A stretch of DNA of 64,000 nt from Nitrosopumilus sp. (GTDB lineage: Archaea; Thermoproteota; Nitrososphaeria; Nitrososphaerales; Nitrosopumilaceae). Below, in pieces: positions 41,828-51,429 of the stretch. How positions within the stretch are numbered: position 1 is the first letter of the stretch; every line of letters starts with the position of its first letter. A program made the position numbers and the translations under genes. Location of the stretch: NCBI GenBank assembly GCA_965207445.1, contig CBDBLX010000002.1, positions 672,001-736,000 on the forward strand, read 5' to 3'. The notes below the pieces were generated by a model that saw only the letters and a program-made list of their open reading frames with translations, ran no database searches and was not told the origin of the DNA.

Positions 41828-42060
41828 GGATCTTCTGCGTTAATCGTTGGTATCTTGCACGCTAATATCATTGCCGTTTGTGCAACATTAATGCGCTACG
41901 TATTATGGCCGTCGTTGCATGAATGCTCAAGACCCTTGGATTCACATGACAAGGTTGCAACCGTTCAGTTATGTATTATCAAAAGTTTATTCAACCACGT
42001 CATGAGTACCTACAGAACTTTACCAGATTTCCGTTACCACACGATTAATGCAAAATATCA
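41828..42060 (+). mobile_element. MITE family B, left copy
   Basis: Near-identical direct repeat of 43747-43977; imperfect TIRs. Confidence 0.88.
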
Positions 42061-42104
42061 GCCTACAGTCCTACTTTATATTCATTCACGTAACTCATAG
42101 AACA

Positions 42105-43157
42105 ATGTCACGTGTAAACTTGCCCGTCGCATTAGGCTTGGTTCTGAACAGATATTGTAACAGTAAAAAAACAGTCAAAATACAATGTATGATCTCAGTA
42201 GTCAGTTTTGACGTAAAAACAGAATTTGAGAAGCCAATATTGGGCTATCAAGTGAGAGTAAAACAGAGTACCGAGTTTGATGGATTCATAGATAATATTT
42301 GTGCGGTCTCACATAACGATGATGAGTTGGGAATGTTCCATTTGGTGCAACAGCAAGATGAGTTCTATCTAATTAGCAGCGAACGGGCAGGAGTATTCAG
42401 GTACATCATATTAAAAATTTTCAAATATCTTTATCCAAAAATTATATTTTCATTCATTCATTCGAGTTCCATGTGTCAAATTTTGTCAGACTTTGAGACA
42501 AAACACAATGTTGAGCTAATGAAAAAGAAATCCATTGAGAAACAACTGTTTGGAATCTCTCCAAGAACTGAAATTTCATACAAAACACAAAAAACAGGCA
42601 GAGAGTACCCAAAAGTAAAAGATACTTTTGAAGAAGCGCAAATGCAAGATTTATGGATTGAAAAAATACAAGTGTTCAGTAATGCCAATAAAAAAACACA
42701 ATTTACCATCTCCAGACGAGGAGAGGTATCTATTGAAAAAGGTACGTTTGATACTTTTTTCTCTACAATTCTTGCGCCAATTATTCAACAAAGTAAACAA
42801 AAACGTAAACAGTTTGAAAATAGGAGTAGGAGCGAACAATCAGATAAAAGACCCAAACCGCTGATTGTGCGATTTGGCAAAGATGTTTTTAAGACAACGA
42901 AAACCAGAAAAGATTTTTCTAAAATCTTGGGCAAATACACAAAATGTAATTATTCTATAATTCACAATGGAAATCCTCATGTGTATTTATCTGTCTTGGA
43001 TAGAATTGATAACTCTTCATTCTCAGTACGAACAATTGGGGATAGTTCTTTGTTGCTGATTCCACAGATTAAAACTTCTGCATTATCTTTGCTAAGATTT
43101 TCCGAATTTCTTGTTTCTTCATTTCATGAAGGAGACATTCAGAACTATGAAACCTAA
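42105..43157 (+). CDS. Uncharacterised 350-aa cargo protein
   Basis: Intact ORF; TATA-like TTTATAT ~25 nt upstream of ATG 42105; A-rich composition unlike neighbouring + strand genes. Confidence 0.8.
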   Translation: MSRVNLPVALGLVLNRYCNSKKTVKIQCMISVVSFDVKTEFEKPILGYQVRVKQSTEFDGFIDNICAVSHNDDELGMFHLVQQQDEFYLISSERAGVFRYIILKIFKYLYPKIIFSFIHSSSMCQILSDFETKHNVELMKKKSIEKQLFGISPRTEISYKTQKTGREYPKVKDTFEEAQMQDLWIEKIQVFSNANKKTQFTISRRGEVSIEKGTFDTFFSTILAPIIQQSKQKRKQFENRSRSEQSDKRPKPLIVRFGKDVFKTTKTRKDFSKILGKYTKCNYSIIHNGNPHVYLSVLDRIDNSSFSVRTIGDSSLLLIPQIKTSALSLLRFSEFLVSSFHEGDIQNYET

Positions 43158-43640
43158 AACTTCTGAACTAATTAAAGAATGCAGAGATGCAAAATAAAAT
43201 GAGTTTGATGCATACTATCAAACCGTAACCATATCTGTAGGTTTGAAACATTTGTTTGCAAGTTCATAACCATGTGTTTTCAAAGTTAATGAACTATCCA
43301 TGAAAACTAGTGACAACACAGTAACTCCAGATGCTATATTTCAATGCGATAATGATACTGTTGGAATCGTCTGTGAAATAAAAACGGCGCTACCCAATGA
43401 TGAAAAAATACTTTTTAAAGACATAGAAGAACAACTGGAAAAATATTCCAAAATAGAAACTCGCTGAAAAAGTCACAGACAAAGATTACGAATACAAAGT
43501 TAAATGGTCATCAAAAGCATCTAAAAATCGAAAAGAGTACTTGTTAGATAAATTATGTGGAAAAGAAAAGTCTCAAATTACTAGTGGAATACAAAAGAAA
43601 TTAACTGACTGATTTGAATCGGTTTTACTGGCCAAGTTAA
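43147..43640 (+). pseudogene. Decayed PD-(D/E)xK nuclease gene
   Basis: Frame from ATG 43147 reads ...TVTPDAIFQCDNDTVGIVCEIKTALP...EEQLEKY with in-frame stops at 43195, 43267, 43465; 3' end approximate. Confidence 0.7.
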
Positions 43641-43746
43641 TTCTTAAATCGAAATATGAAGAAATGAGATCAGTTCCGATTGTATTTATTTGGATTTAAT
43701 TTCTGTAAGAATTGGAAATTTTATATTATATTGTTCTGTGACTTCA

Positions 43747-43977
43747 GAATCTTCTGCGTTAATCGTTGGTATCTTGCACGCTAATATCATTGCCGTTTGT
43801 GTAACATCAATGCGCCACGTATTATGGCCGTCGTTGCATGAATGCTCAAGACTCTTGGATTCACATGACAAGGTTGCAACCGTTCAGTTACGTATTATCA
43901 AAAGTTTATTCAATCACGTCATGAGTACCCACAGCACTTTGCCAGATTTCCGTTACCAACATTAATGCAAAAGACCC
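43747..43977 (+). mobile_element. MITE family B, right copy
   Basis: Near-identical direct repeat of 41828-42060. Confidence 0.88.
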
Positions 43978-44023
43978 CTTACTAACGTAACATCTTTTAA
44001 TGCCGTATGAACATGTCAGTACA

Positions 44024-44155
44024 ATGAAAGCGAGATTTAGTAGTATATGCCCTGAATGCAATGATAAAATAAAGGCTGGAAGAGAGATCGTAAAAAACTC
44101 CAAAGATGTATGGGTTCACAAAGCATGTTCTGATATTGAAGACGAACTCCCTTGA
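44024..44155 (+). CDS. 43-aa zinc-ribbon-like small protein
   Basis: MKARFSSICPECNDKIKAGREIVKNSKDVWVHKACSDIEDELP*; CxxC...HxxC. Confidence 0.72.
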   Translation: MKARFSSICPECNDKIKAGREIVKNSKDVWVHKACSDIEDELP

Positions 44156-44365
44156 ATCAAAATCAGAATTGTATTTTTGCATATGGCGCAATTCCATTTT
44201 TGGCGTTTTATGTATATGGCCATTTTTATCTTTTGATCTGCTGTTGAGTTGTCTGTATTTAATTACTGTGTGTAATTAATTACTTGATGTTGATCTTGTA
44301 TTTAACTAACAATTGCGCTATTTTTGGGCAACGTCATTACTTGACGTAATTTATTTAAGTCGGGT

Positions 44366-44839
44366 TTGTGCATTAAAAATATGAAAACAACAATCTTGTT
44401 GCTTGCAATTATAGCATCTGTTGCTATGATATCTGCTATATCTACTACTGCAAATGATGCGATGGCACAGACTCACTATCCGCAAGTCACGTTAACTCCT
44501 ATAAATGACGAGATTAGTATTCAACAGACACAAGTAGCCTTGAATGTCCCATCTGAGAATTCACTTCCATGGGGATATGTGACAGGACAAGCATCATCTA
44601 ATTATGTGCCTGGTTATCCTGTTGTAATTCAGTTCCACCAGAACGGAGAACCAGTACACATCGCACAGGTTAATCTCAACGATGATGGTTCTTATGAATA
44701 CATGTTCAGAGTCTTATCAATTGATTACAGTACAGGACAGACGACTCATATATTTGAAGGTGACTATATTGTCTCTATGTACAAAGTGGTTCCAAATACT
44801 GCACCTAGTATCGTAGACTCTAACACAGAGACCATCTAA
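44366..44839 (+). CDS. Secreted hypothetical protein (likely start ATG 44381)
   Basis: Signal peptide MKTTILLL...AMA; beta-rich mature region. Confidence 0.75.
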   Translation: MCIKNMKTTILLLAIIASVAMISAISTTANDAMAQTHYPQVTLTPINDEISIQQTQVALNVPSENSLPWGYVTGQASSNYVPGYPVVIQFHQNGEPVHIAQVNLNDDGSYEYMFRVLSIDYSTGQTTHIFEGDYIVSMYKVVPNTAPSIVDSNTETI

Positions 44840-44912
44840 ATGCCCTTTGTTTTTGTTTTAATAAAGTGATTATTATAATATGATTTTATATTTATTTTTT
44901 GACCCCTCTGTG

Positions 44913-44962
44913 ATATTGATTGTATATTGATTGTATATTGATTGTATATTGATCGTATATTG
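44913..44962. repeat. 11-bp tandem repeat (TATTGATTGTA x~4.5) upstream of pepF
   Basis: Read directly from sequence. Confidence 0.85.
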
Positions 44963-45007
44963 TTTACTATCGGGTGGTTTTTTAAATGGCATGTAACATC
45001 CCAATAT

Positions 45008-46813
45008 ATGGCAGCTACTACTCGAACAAAGCATAAAACAGGTAGTTGGGATTTGAGTGAGCTTGCATCCGGACCGCGGGATTCAAACCTTGTATCACAA
45101 ATAACACTATTACAAAAAAAGACATCTCGATTTGAGAACGAGCGAAAGAACCTATTACCTGATATTTCGTCGAAAAAATTTGCAAAGATGCTACGTATGA
45201 TCGAAGATATTGTAGACCAAAGTAGTAGAATAGAGGGATTTGCATCACTGTTGCATGCTGCTGACACCCAGTCCGATGAGGCTACGTCACTTTTGATGCG
45301 TGTTGCCAAACTTGACTCTGATATATCAAATCGAATGTTATTTTTTAGTCTGTGGTGGAAACGTCACTTGGATGAAAAAAATGCCAAACGTCTTGCATCG
45401 CAATCCGGTGATCTTGAACAATATCTTTTGCATAAACGCAAACTTGCACAGTACTCGTTAAGTGAGCCTGAGGAAAAGATAATTAACATACTTGATGTGA
45501 CTGGGGCAGATGCACTTGAGAACTTGTATGACAAGATAACAAACGCATACAAGTACAAACTAAAAATAAACAAAAAAGTCCGTACAATGTCACGTGAGGA
45601 AATTGTCAATTATGTACGTAACAGTAATTCTAAATTGCGAAAAGATGCATATGTTGCGATACTATCTAGATACAATGCCGAAAAAGGCGTCATAGGTCAA
45701 ATATATCAAAACATTGTACAGAACTGGACTGATGAGACCATAAAGATACGTGGATACAGCACCCCTATATCTGCTCGAAATATTGGCAACAATCTTGACG
45801 ATAAGACTGTAAACTCACTTCTTGAAACATGTAAAAAAAATGCCCATATTTTCCAAAAATTTTTCCAATTAAAAGCCAAATTACTACATGTGAATAAACT
45901 GAGAAGATATGACATTTACGCCCCCTCTATCTCTAAAAAATCTGGGAAAAACTCCAAAGAAAAGCGCTATACGTATGATACTGCAGTTAACCTGGTACTT
46001 TGTGCACTCTCAGAATTCAGCCCCAATCTTGGTGAATTTGCAAAAGATGTCGTACTAAAAAACCACATTGACTCTGCTATACGACCTGGTAAACGTGATG
46101 GTGCATTTTGTAGTACTATATCACCTAGTATTGCTCCCTATATACTACTGAGCTATACTGGCAAGACAAAAGATGTCTTTACTCTGGCACACGAAATGGG
46201 ACATGCCGTTCACAGCCAAGCCGCCTCATCAAAGTCAATTTTGGCGCAGCATGCGCCACTTCCACTTGCTGAGACTGCATCTACATTTTCTGAGTTGTTG
46301 TTGTATGATGCTATGGATGGGCAGATGTCTGATGCTGAGCGTTTGCAGACATTGGTAGAAAAGACAGATGATCTATACGCTACGATAATGCGTCAAGCAT
46401 TCTTTACTACATTTGAGATTGCCGCACATGATGTGGTAACCAACAAGAATGGAACAATTGGTGATCTCTCAAAGTTATACATGAATAATCTAAAAGAGCA
46501 GTTTGGCAGCTCTATTGACATCTCTGCTGACTTTGAGATAGAGTGGAGCTGTATACCTCATTTTTACCACTCGCCGTTTTACTGTTATTCATACTCGTTT
46601 GGGAATTTGTTGTCTCTCTCGCTCTTTCAGAGATACAAAAAAGAAGGACGCGACTTTGTACCATCTTATGTGGATATTTTGTCTGCAGGCGGCTCTCAAA
46701 AACCCGAAGAGTTATTGTCACAGTATGGATTTGACATTTCATCACGCGCATTTTGGCAAGATGGCTTTGAGTATGTGTCTGGACAGATCAAAGAACTTGA
46801 ATCACTCACTTGA
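45008..46813 (+). CDS. pepF: Oligoendopeptidase F (M3 family)
   Basis: WDLSEL, GKRDGAFC, HEMGH, AETAS, HFY..PFY.YSY; start moved to ATG 45008. Confidence 0.9.
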   Translation: MAATTRTKHKTGSWDLSELASGPRDSNLVSQITLLQKKTSRFENERKNLLPDISSKKFAKMLRMIEDIVDQSSRIEGFASLLHAADTQSDEATSLLMRVAKLDSDISNRMLFFSLWWKRHLDEKNAKRLASQSGDLEQYLLHKRKLAQYSLSEPEEKIINILDVTGADALENLYDKITNAYKYKLKINKKVRTMSREEIVNYVRNSNSKLRKDAYVAILSRYNAEKGVIGQIYQNIVQNWTDETIKIRGYSTPISARNIGNNLDDKTVNSLLETCKKNAHIFQKFFQLKAKLLHVNKLRRYDIYAPSISKKSGKNSKEKRYTYDTAVNLVLCALSEFSPNLGEFAKDVVLKNHIDSAIRPGKRDGAFCSTISPSIAPYILLSYTGKTKDVFTLAHEMGHAVHSQAASSKSILAQHAPLPLAETASTFSELLLYDAMDGQMSDAERLQTLVEKTDDLYATIMRQAFFTTFEIAAHDVVTNKNGTIGDLSKLYMNNLKEQFGSSIDISADFEIEWSCIPHFYHSPFYCYSYSFGNLLSLSLFQRYKKEGRDFVPSYVDILSAGGSQKPEELLSQYGFDISSRAFWQDGFEYVSGQIKELESLT

Positions 46814-47044
46814 TCTCATTTATACACTGGTACTAAATTATGCGTTCTAGTAGCTAGTTTTCAACCATCGAACACTTGTCAACGTGAATACTCGCATCTA
46901 TTATTGTGAGATATTAATCTGGATTTTGTAATTGATATTGTGTCTGGAATTTTATATTTATTTAGTCATTTTTTCTGAGTATATTACAAGTGAGTATTTC
47001 AAGTGGTGTGTTTGTTTATAGTTGTTGTAATGATAATTAATAAT

Positions 47045-47120
47045 GGCCAGCAACTCAACGCACGAGTTGCCGACCTGTTCCCCGAACGGTTTGAATTCGA
47101 TGTCAATGTGATTCCGATAT
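47045..47120 (-). ncRNA. Candidate small structured non-coding RNA
   Basis: GC-rich island in an AT-rich spacer; 12-bp stem fully paired (two G-U) only on the minus strand; upstream TATA-like motif. Confidence 0.45.
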
Positions 47121-47169
47121 GCTATGATTTAAACCTTAAACTTTATACTGATTGCGGTGAGTCTAAAAT

Positions 47170-48390
47170 GTGACATTGGTACTGAATATTGTTATATCTA
47201 CACTGGTAGCAGTATCTATTCTAGTAATTCTAACCTCGTCAATCACACCTGTTAATTCTCAGTATATGCCTCATCCATTCCATGAGAGCATAACTGTATT
47301 AATTGATAGAACCGGATCTCACAATGTAACTACATCTGTCACATTACAAAGTACCGATACGATGGATATGAAAATACCTGATTCACTTGAGAGTGCAATC
47401 AGAGAGGATGGGCGAATATTTGCTGTTGTAGTGACAAATCATGACCGATGTATATTGGGCGTTGCTGATCAATCCTGTATATTGATAAGCACGCAATTAG
47501 ATAATAATGCATTAGGCATTACACAGATCCAAGAGTCTGCATTCAACACTGCTGAGATATACATCGATGAGATAAACCAACTCTTTGATACTGGTGCCAC
47601 ATTTCATTCTGTGTTTGTGCACTCTGGAAATGATCCATCAGACACTGCTACAGGTTTGCCCGCTGCAACTGCTGGTAAAACCACTGCATCTGTTGTGTAT
47701 GTGATGCCTATGCAAGATACTAACTTTATGTATGAAACAATCTCTGCAGTACTACTTTCTGCTAATATCCGAGACGCAGACGGGTTTTATGATGTTGCAA
47801 AAACATTATCCTTGAGACCACATTCTAAAATGTCTTTTTCAATTATCCCACTTGACAACAATTCCCTTTTTCAGTTAAAGGTGGCATCTGTTGGAAATAT
47901 TAATGCGACATTAATTGATGATTTGCGACCTATTGAATTAATGGAACTTGATACACTAAAACGTTCAAATTATTTGCAATCTCATCCTCTCAACTCAATA
48001 CTACAAGTTGTCATATCATCACCTGATCCTCTTACCACAATATCTGACTCTATACCTGCACCGCTCCCAACACGTGAGATAGATGGTGAAAAGATACCCA
48101 CTGAATTAAGAGATGGTTGGATATTTGACTCATCAACTGGCAAGATAATTCAAGCAAAGTATCTTTTACCATATACTGTATTGATGGCTGATAACCTTGT
48201 CATATCATTGGATAGTACTAATATCAATACTATGAATAATAACGCGACTACAACATTTAATGACATTGATATTCTTGACTCTGAGAATTATGAGCAAATT
48301 GTAATCGTAATTGCTATTGTTGCTGTTACTATTGTCACTGTTGTATTTTATCTTCGTGGGTATTCTGGACGATCTAAAGATCTAAACTAA
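47170..48390 (+). CDS. Hypothetical cell-surface protein (signal peptide and C-terminal TM anchor)
   Basis: 406-aa ORF with hydrophobic termini. Confidence 0.75.
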   Translation: MTLVLNIVISTLVAVSILVILTSSITPVNSQYMPHPFHESITVLIDRTGSHNVTTSVTLQSTDTMDMKIPDSLESAIREDGRIFAVVVTNHDRCILGVADQSCILISTQLDNNALGITQIQESAFNTAEIYIDEINQLFDTGATFHSVFVHSGNDPSDTATGLPAATAGKTTASVVYVMPMQDTNFMYETISAVLLSANIRDADGFYDVAKTLSLRPHSKMSFSIIPLDNNSLFQLKVASVGNINATLIDDLRPIELMELDTLKRSNYLQSHPLNSILQVVISSPDPLTTISDSIPAPLPTREIDGEKIPTELRDGWIFDSSTGKIIQAKYLLPYTVLMADNLVISLDSTNINTMNNNATTTFNDIDILDSENYEQIVIVIAIVAVTIVTVVFYLRGYSGRSKDLN

Positions 48391-48396
48391 TGACAA

Positions 48397-48948
48397 TTAT
48401 ATCAACAATACGGCTGCTGCAAACACAGTTGTCCATTTACCGTCCTTGTCACCTCTTGCTGCTTGTGTAATATTATGAGTGTTATATATCTGGCCTGATA
48501 TTGACCATTGTTGTCTCTTTTCATCCCAATTTTTATCTACATCAAATGGTATTCCAAGTGATGATGCGAGCATCTGTGCTGCAACATCTTCTGCATAATC
48601 ACCTGCTTGTGATGCATTTTGTCCAAATGATTCGTACTCTGACAAGTATCCGTATTTACTACTATCCTTTGGCCTTGCAAGTCCCACCGATGCTGCACAC
48701 ATGCGATGTGGTTCATTGGTTTGATTCTTGGAGTATATTGTAAATAGTATTTGGCCTGGTTTTATCTGCTTGAGTCCTTGGTTTCTTGTAATCAATTTTG
48801 CCTTTGGGGGGAATATACTTGATATCAATACAAGGTTTGTTCCTGAAATTCCTGCATTTCTGAGGGCATACTCAAAACTAGTAAGCTTGTCCTCGTGCAC
48901 ACCTTTACCTCTTGTCAAAAACAGTTTTTTTGCTACTAGATCTAGCAT
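48397..48948 (-). CDS. pdaD: Pyruvoyl-dependent arginine decarboxylase
   Basis: SFEYALRNAGI..NLV.ISSIFP (SS cleavage site), GYLSEY. Confidence 0.88.
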   Translation of the reverse strand: MLDLVAKKLFLTRGKGVHEDKLTSFEYALRNAGISGTNLVLISSIFPPKAKLITRNQGLKQIKPGQILFTIYSKNQTNEPHRMCAASVGLARPKDSSKYGYLSEYESFGQNASQAGDYAEDVAAQMLASSLGIPFDVDKNWDEKRQQWSISGQIYNTHNITQAARGDKDGKWTTVFAAAVLLI

Positions 48949-49092
48949 GTGAGAACCTTTGGTGGTTATTATTTATAATTTAGGTATATTATATATGAAT
49001 AGTTATTTTAATAGTATGTATAAATATAAAATATGTTACATTTGTGTGAAAAATTTACTCGTAAAATAAACCTAGTATGATCTCTTACTGTA

Positions 49093-49341
49093 TTATCTGC
49101 TGTCATCTCTGCGCTTTTTTTTGCGCTTACGCTTGTCCGGTGACCTCTCTTCTTGCGTTAATAATATGTATGTAAAGAAAGCACCTAGTCCGATGTTAAT
49201 CACACCCATAAACGTAATTATCATTGTTACTGATGGGGGTGCAATTACGAGTCCAATTATTATTCCAAGTCCACCTGTTGCAAAAAACAACATCATAAGG
49301 ATTTTAGCTCTGACAGGTTCGATATAGCGCATATTATACAC
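49093..49341 (-). CDS. Small two-TM hypothetical protein
   Basis: Two hydrophobic helices and a basic tail. Confidence 0.7.
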   Translation of the reverse strand: MYNMRYIEPVRAKILMMLFFATGGLGIIIGLVIAPPSVTMIITFMGVINIGLGAFFTYILLTQEERSPDKRKRKKKRRDDSR

Positions 49342-49434
49342 TGTGATATGGATAATTATAAAGTAAGTGTCTTGTAATATTATGTGGTTCTGATTCGCAA
49401 CATTTTAAATTTGAATGTAAATGCCATATATTAT

Positions 49435-49510
49435 GCCAATGTAGCTCAGCCTGGTTTAGAGCATTCGCCTTGTAAGCGAAAGGTCATGGGTTCAGATCCC
49501 ATCATTGGCT
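49435..49510 (+). tRNA. tRNA-Thr(TGT)
   Basis: GCCAATG/CATTGGC acceptor, TTCGC-CTTGTAA-GCGAA anticodon arm, GTTCAGATC T-loop. Confidence 0.93.
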
Positions 49511-49594
49511 TGTCATTATGTGTATTGGTGATTGACTTGCAACGTCACATATTTTTCCATATCAGTAGTTCAAAAAAATTAGAAGGTGTGTCAA

Positions 49595-50785
49595 TCACTC
49601 TAGTGCATAACCAGCAAATCTTGCTCCGTCTTCATATGTCACTACAGCTCTATAATTATTGCCAATGAAGGATGACTGGCTTGCAATTGCTTCGTTTCCA
49701 TTGTATGCCGTATCAATATCTGCTTTGTTTGTTCCACCCGGCCAGTGCTCTGCCAAGGCAAAAGCGTAACGTACGTCGTCCCTTGTAGGCGTTACGTGCA
49801 TGTATGCCACCACATATCTGCCCATAACATGATCCACACCTGAATATGAAAGTGCCTTGTAACCTGTGGATACTCCCTGTTTTTTGTAATAACTGCACTC
49901 CACTCCTTTTTTCTGGCAATCTTTAGTGAACACTTCTGCATAGTAATTTATCGGCGAGTATGATATTGATGATTCGTATGAAGCATTCGGCTTTGGCATT
50001 AGTGGGTGGCGTTCCTCACCGGGTGGATCAATGTGCTGAGCACCTTCTGGCGGTGGCTGATCCCATGATCGCCCTTGTGCCATTGTCAGATATCTGTCGC
50101 AGTCGTTCCCTTCTTCTATCAATGTACAATGACCGTACGAACCTACTGTTAACCAATAGTTTACATCGACATAGAACAATTCTGATGGCGGTTTTCCAAA
50201 CAGCGCATACATCTCCAATACTTCCAGTATTTCGGGTGTCAGTACCTTCATCTCGCCAAACAGGCCGGTTAGAATGTCTCCTGCGTTACCCGTCGTTGAA
50301 TATTCGGCCAGTAGATATTTGTGAAGTTTTTGTAATGGTTCTATTTCCGGTTGCTGGTATGTTTCATTTTGTATACGTTCAGAGATCACCAGTGCTGCGA
50401 TTCGGCCCGCGTCTTCTGTTGTATTTGTTAGTGTATGAAAGTTGTGTATCAACACCGCACCGCCATTGACTTTCTCCATATATTCATCACCTGTGCTGTT
50501 GCTCAAGAGATCATTCATGTGGTTGTACGCTGCCTTGGCCTGTTCTATTCCACCAAAATAGTTGACATTGGTTTGCGATTTCTCATACGGTATAAGATAG
50601 CGGTCAAAAATTTGTCCATTGGATAACGATTCTTGTTTCAATGCGGTTATACTTGATGGCGATCCCGTTCCATTTTCGTTTCCACTTTGAGCATCTGCCC
50701 ACGAGAATGGTATCGATGAAGGCAGCACTATAATCGCACTGAAAATTGATATTACCATGATAATTTTTGTTGTCTTTGAACTCAT
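49595..50785 (-). CDS. Orphan secreted hypothetical protein in tRNA-adjacent island
   Basis: 396-aa ORF, signal peptide, visibly higher GC than core genes. Confidence 0.7.
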   Translation of the reverse strand: MSSKTTKIIMVISIFSAIIVLPSSIPFSWADAQSGNENGTGSPSSITALKQESLSNGQIFDRYLIPYEKSQTNVNYFGGIEQAKAAYNHMNDLLSNSTGDEYMEKVNGGAVLIHNFHTLTNTTEDAGRIAALVISERIQNETYQQPEIEPLQKLHKYLLAEYSTTGNAGDILTGLFGEMKVLTPEILEVLEMYALFGKPPSELFYVDVNYWLTVGSYGHCTLIEEGNDCDRYLTMAQGRSWDQPPPEGAQHIDPPGEERHPLMPKPNASYESSISYSPINYYAEVFTKDCQKKGVECSYYKKQGVSTGYKALSYSGVDHVMGRYVVAYMHVTPTRDDVRYAFALAEHWPGGTNKADIDTAYNGNEAIASQSSFIGNNYRAVVTYEDGARFAGYALE

Positions 50786-51038
50786 TACACGTCCTTACGA
50801 TGTTACGTTATATAAAAAGGTCGAACCAAATCCGGCGTGCCTTTTGGAGGCTTTTGTATTGGTACTACTATCTATGTATCTGTGTTTGAACTTTATAAAG
50901 AATCATGCGGTTGCAGTACTCGGAAATGTGTCTCCCGCAGGCAGTAATTGGGCAGTTGAATGTGGGTTGAGCGGCCACTGAGTGCCGCTTTATCATGATT
51001 AGATAAAATCTATATTATAACGTCCTTGCCCGCCCCCT

Positions 51039-51429
51039 GTGAGTATTGGCAAAAGTGGACAGGTGCGCCGCAGGGAGGCGGGTACGTGGATACTAAATGT
51101 CTCATCAGCCGTCATGAAATCCGCAGGCGTCGGGTTCTCGTCCGGGCACAATGCGCGCTACGGGGTGCGGGAATGACTGGCAATCCTGGTCGAGATGTGT
51201 AGCCAATCCCTGACGGCGGAGTCCGCGGTCCGGAACCTCAAGAACATACGCACCGCGCCGTCGGAGAAATGGTTTCGCACCATGATGAACATGATCAGCC
51301 GGGACGGGGCGGAGGCCGCCTGCGGCATGATGGTGAGACTAACCGTGCGGCTGGCCAAGAAGCGCGGCATGGGTAGGAGGGGAAGCGTACTGATGGCAAT
51401 AGACAAGTACCTGATCGGGCAGTTCGACC
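51039..51429 (+). pseudogene. High-GC IS4/ISH3-like transposase N-terminal fragment
   Basis: Frame from GTG 51039: ...HNARYGVRE*LAILVEMC...APSEKWFR...VLMAIDKYLIGQFD; stop at 51174; truncated just after the first putative catalytic Asp; family call tentative. Confidence 0.55.

Larger units (their letters stand above)
41828..43977. mobile_element. MITE-bounded composite transposon with 9-bp TSD CTTACTAAC
   Basis: TSD at 41819-41827 and 43978-43986; outer ends GGATCTTCTGCGTTAATCGTTGGTA and (reverse complement) GGGTCTTTTGCATTAAT-GTTGGTA. Confidence 0.85.

Noticed and set aside
41804..42100. ORF 41804..42100 and its twin 43690..43965
   Set aside because: Chance read-throughs of the two family B MITE copies; the starts lie outside the repeat and differ between copies.
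49384..49668. 94-aa ORF
   Set aside because: Runs through tRNA-Thr; not protein-like.
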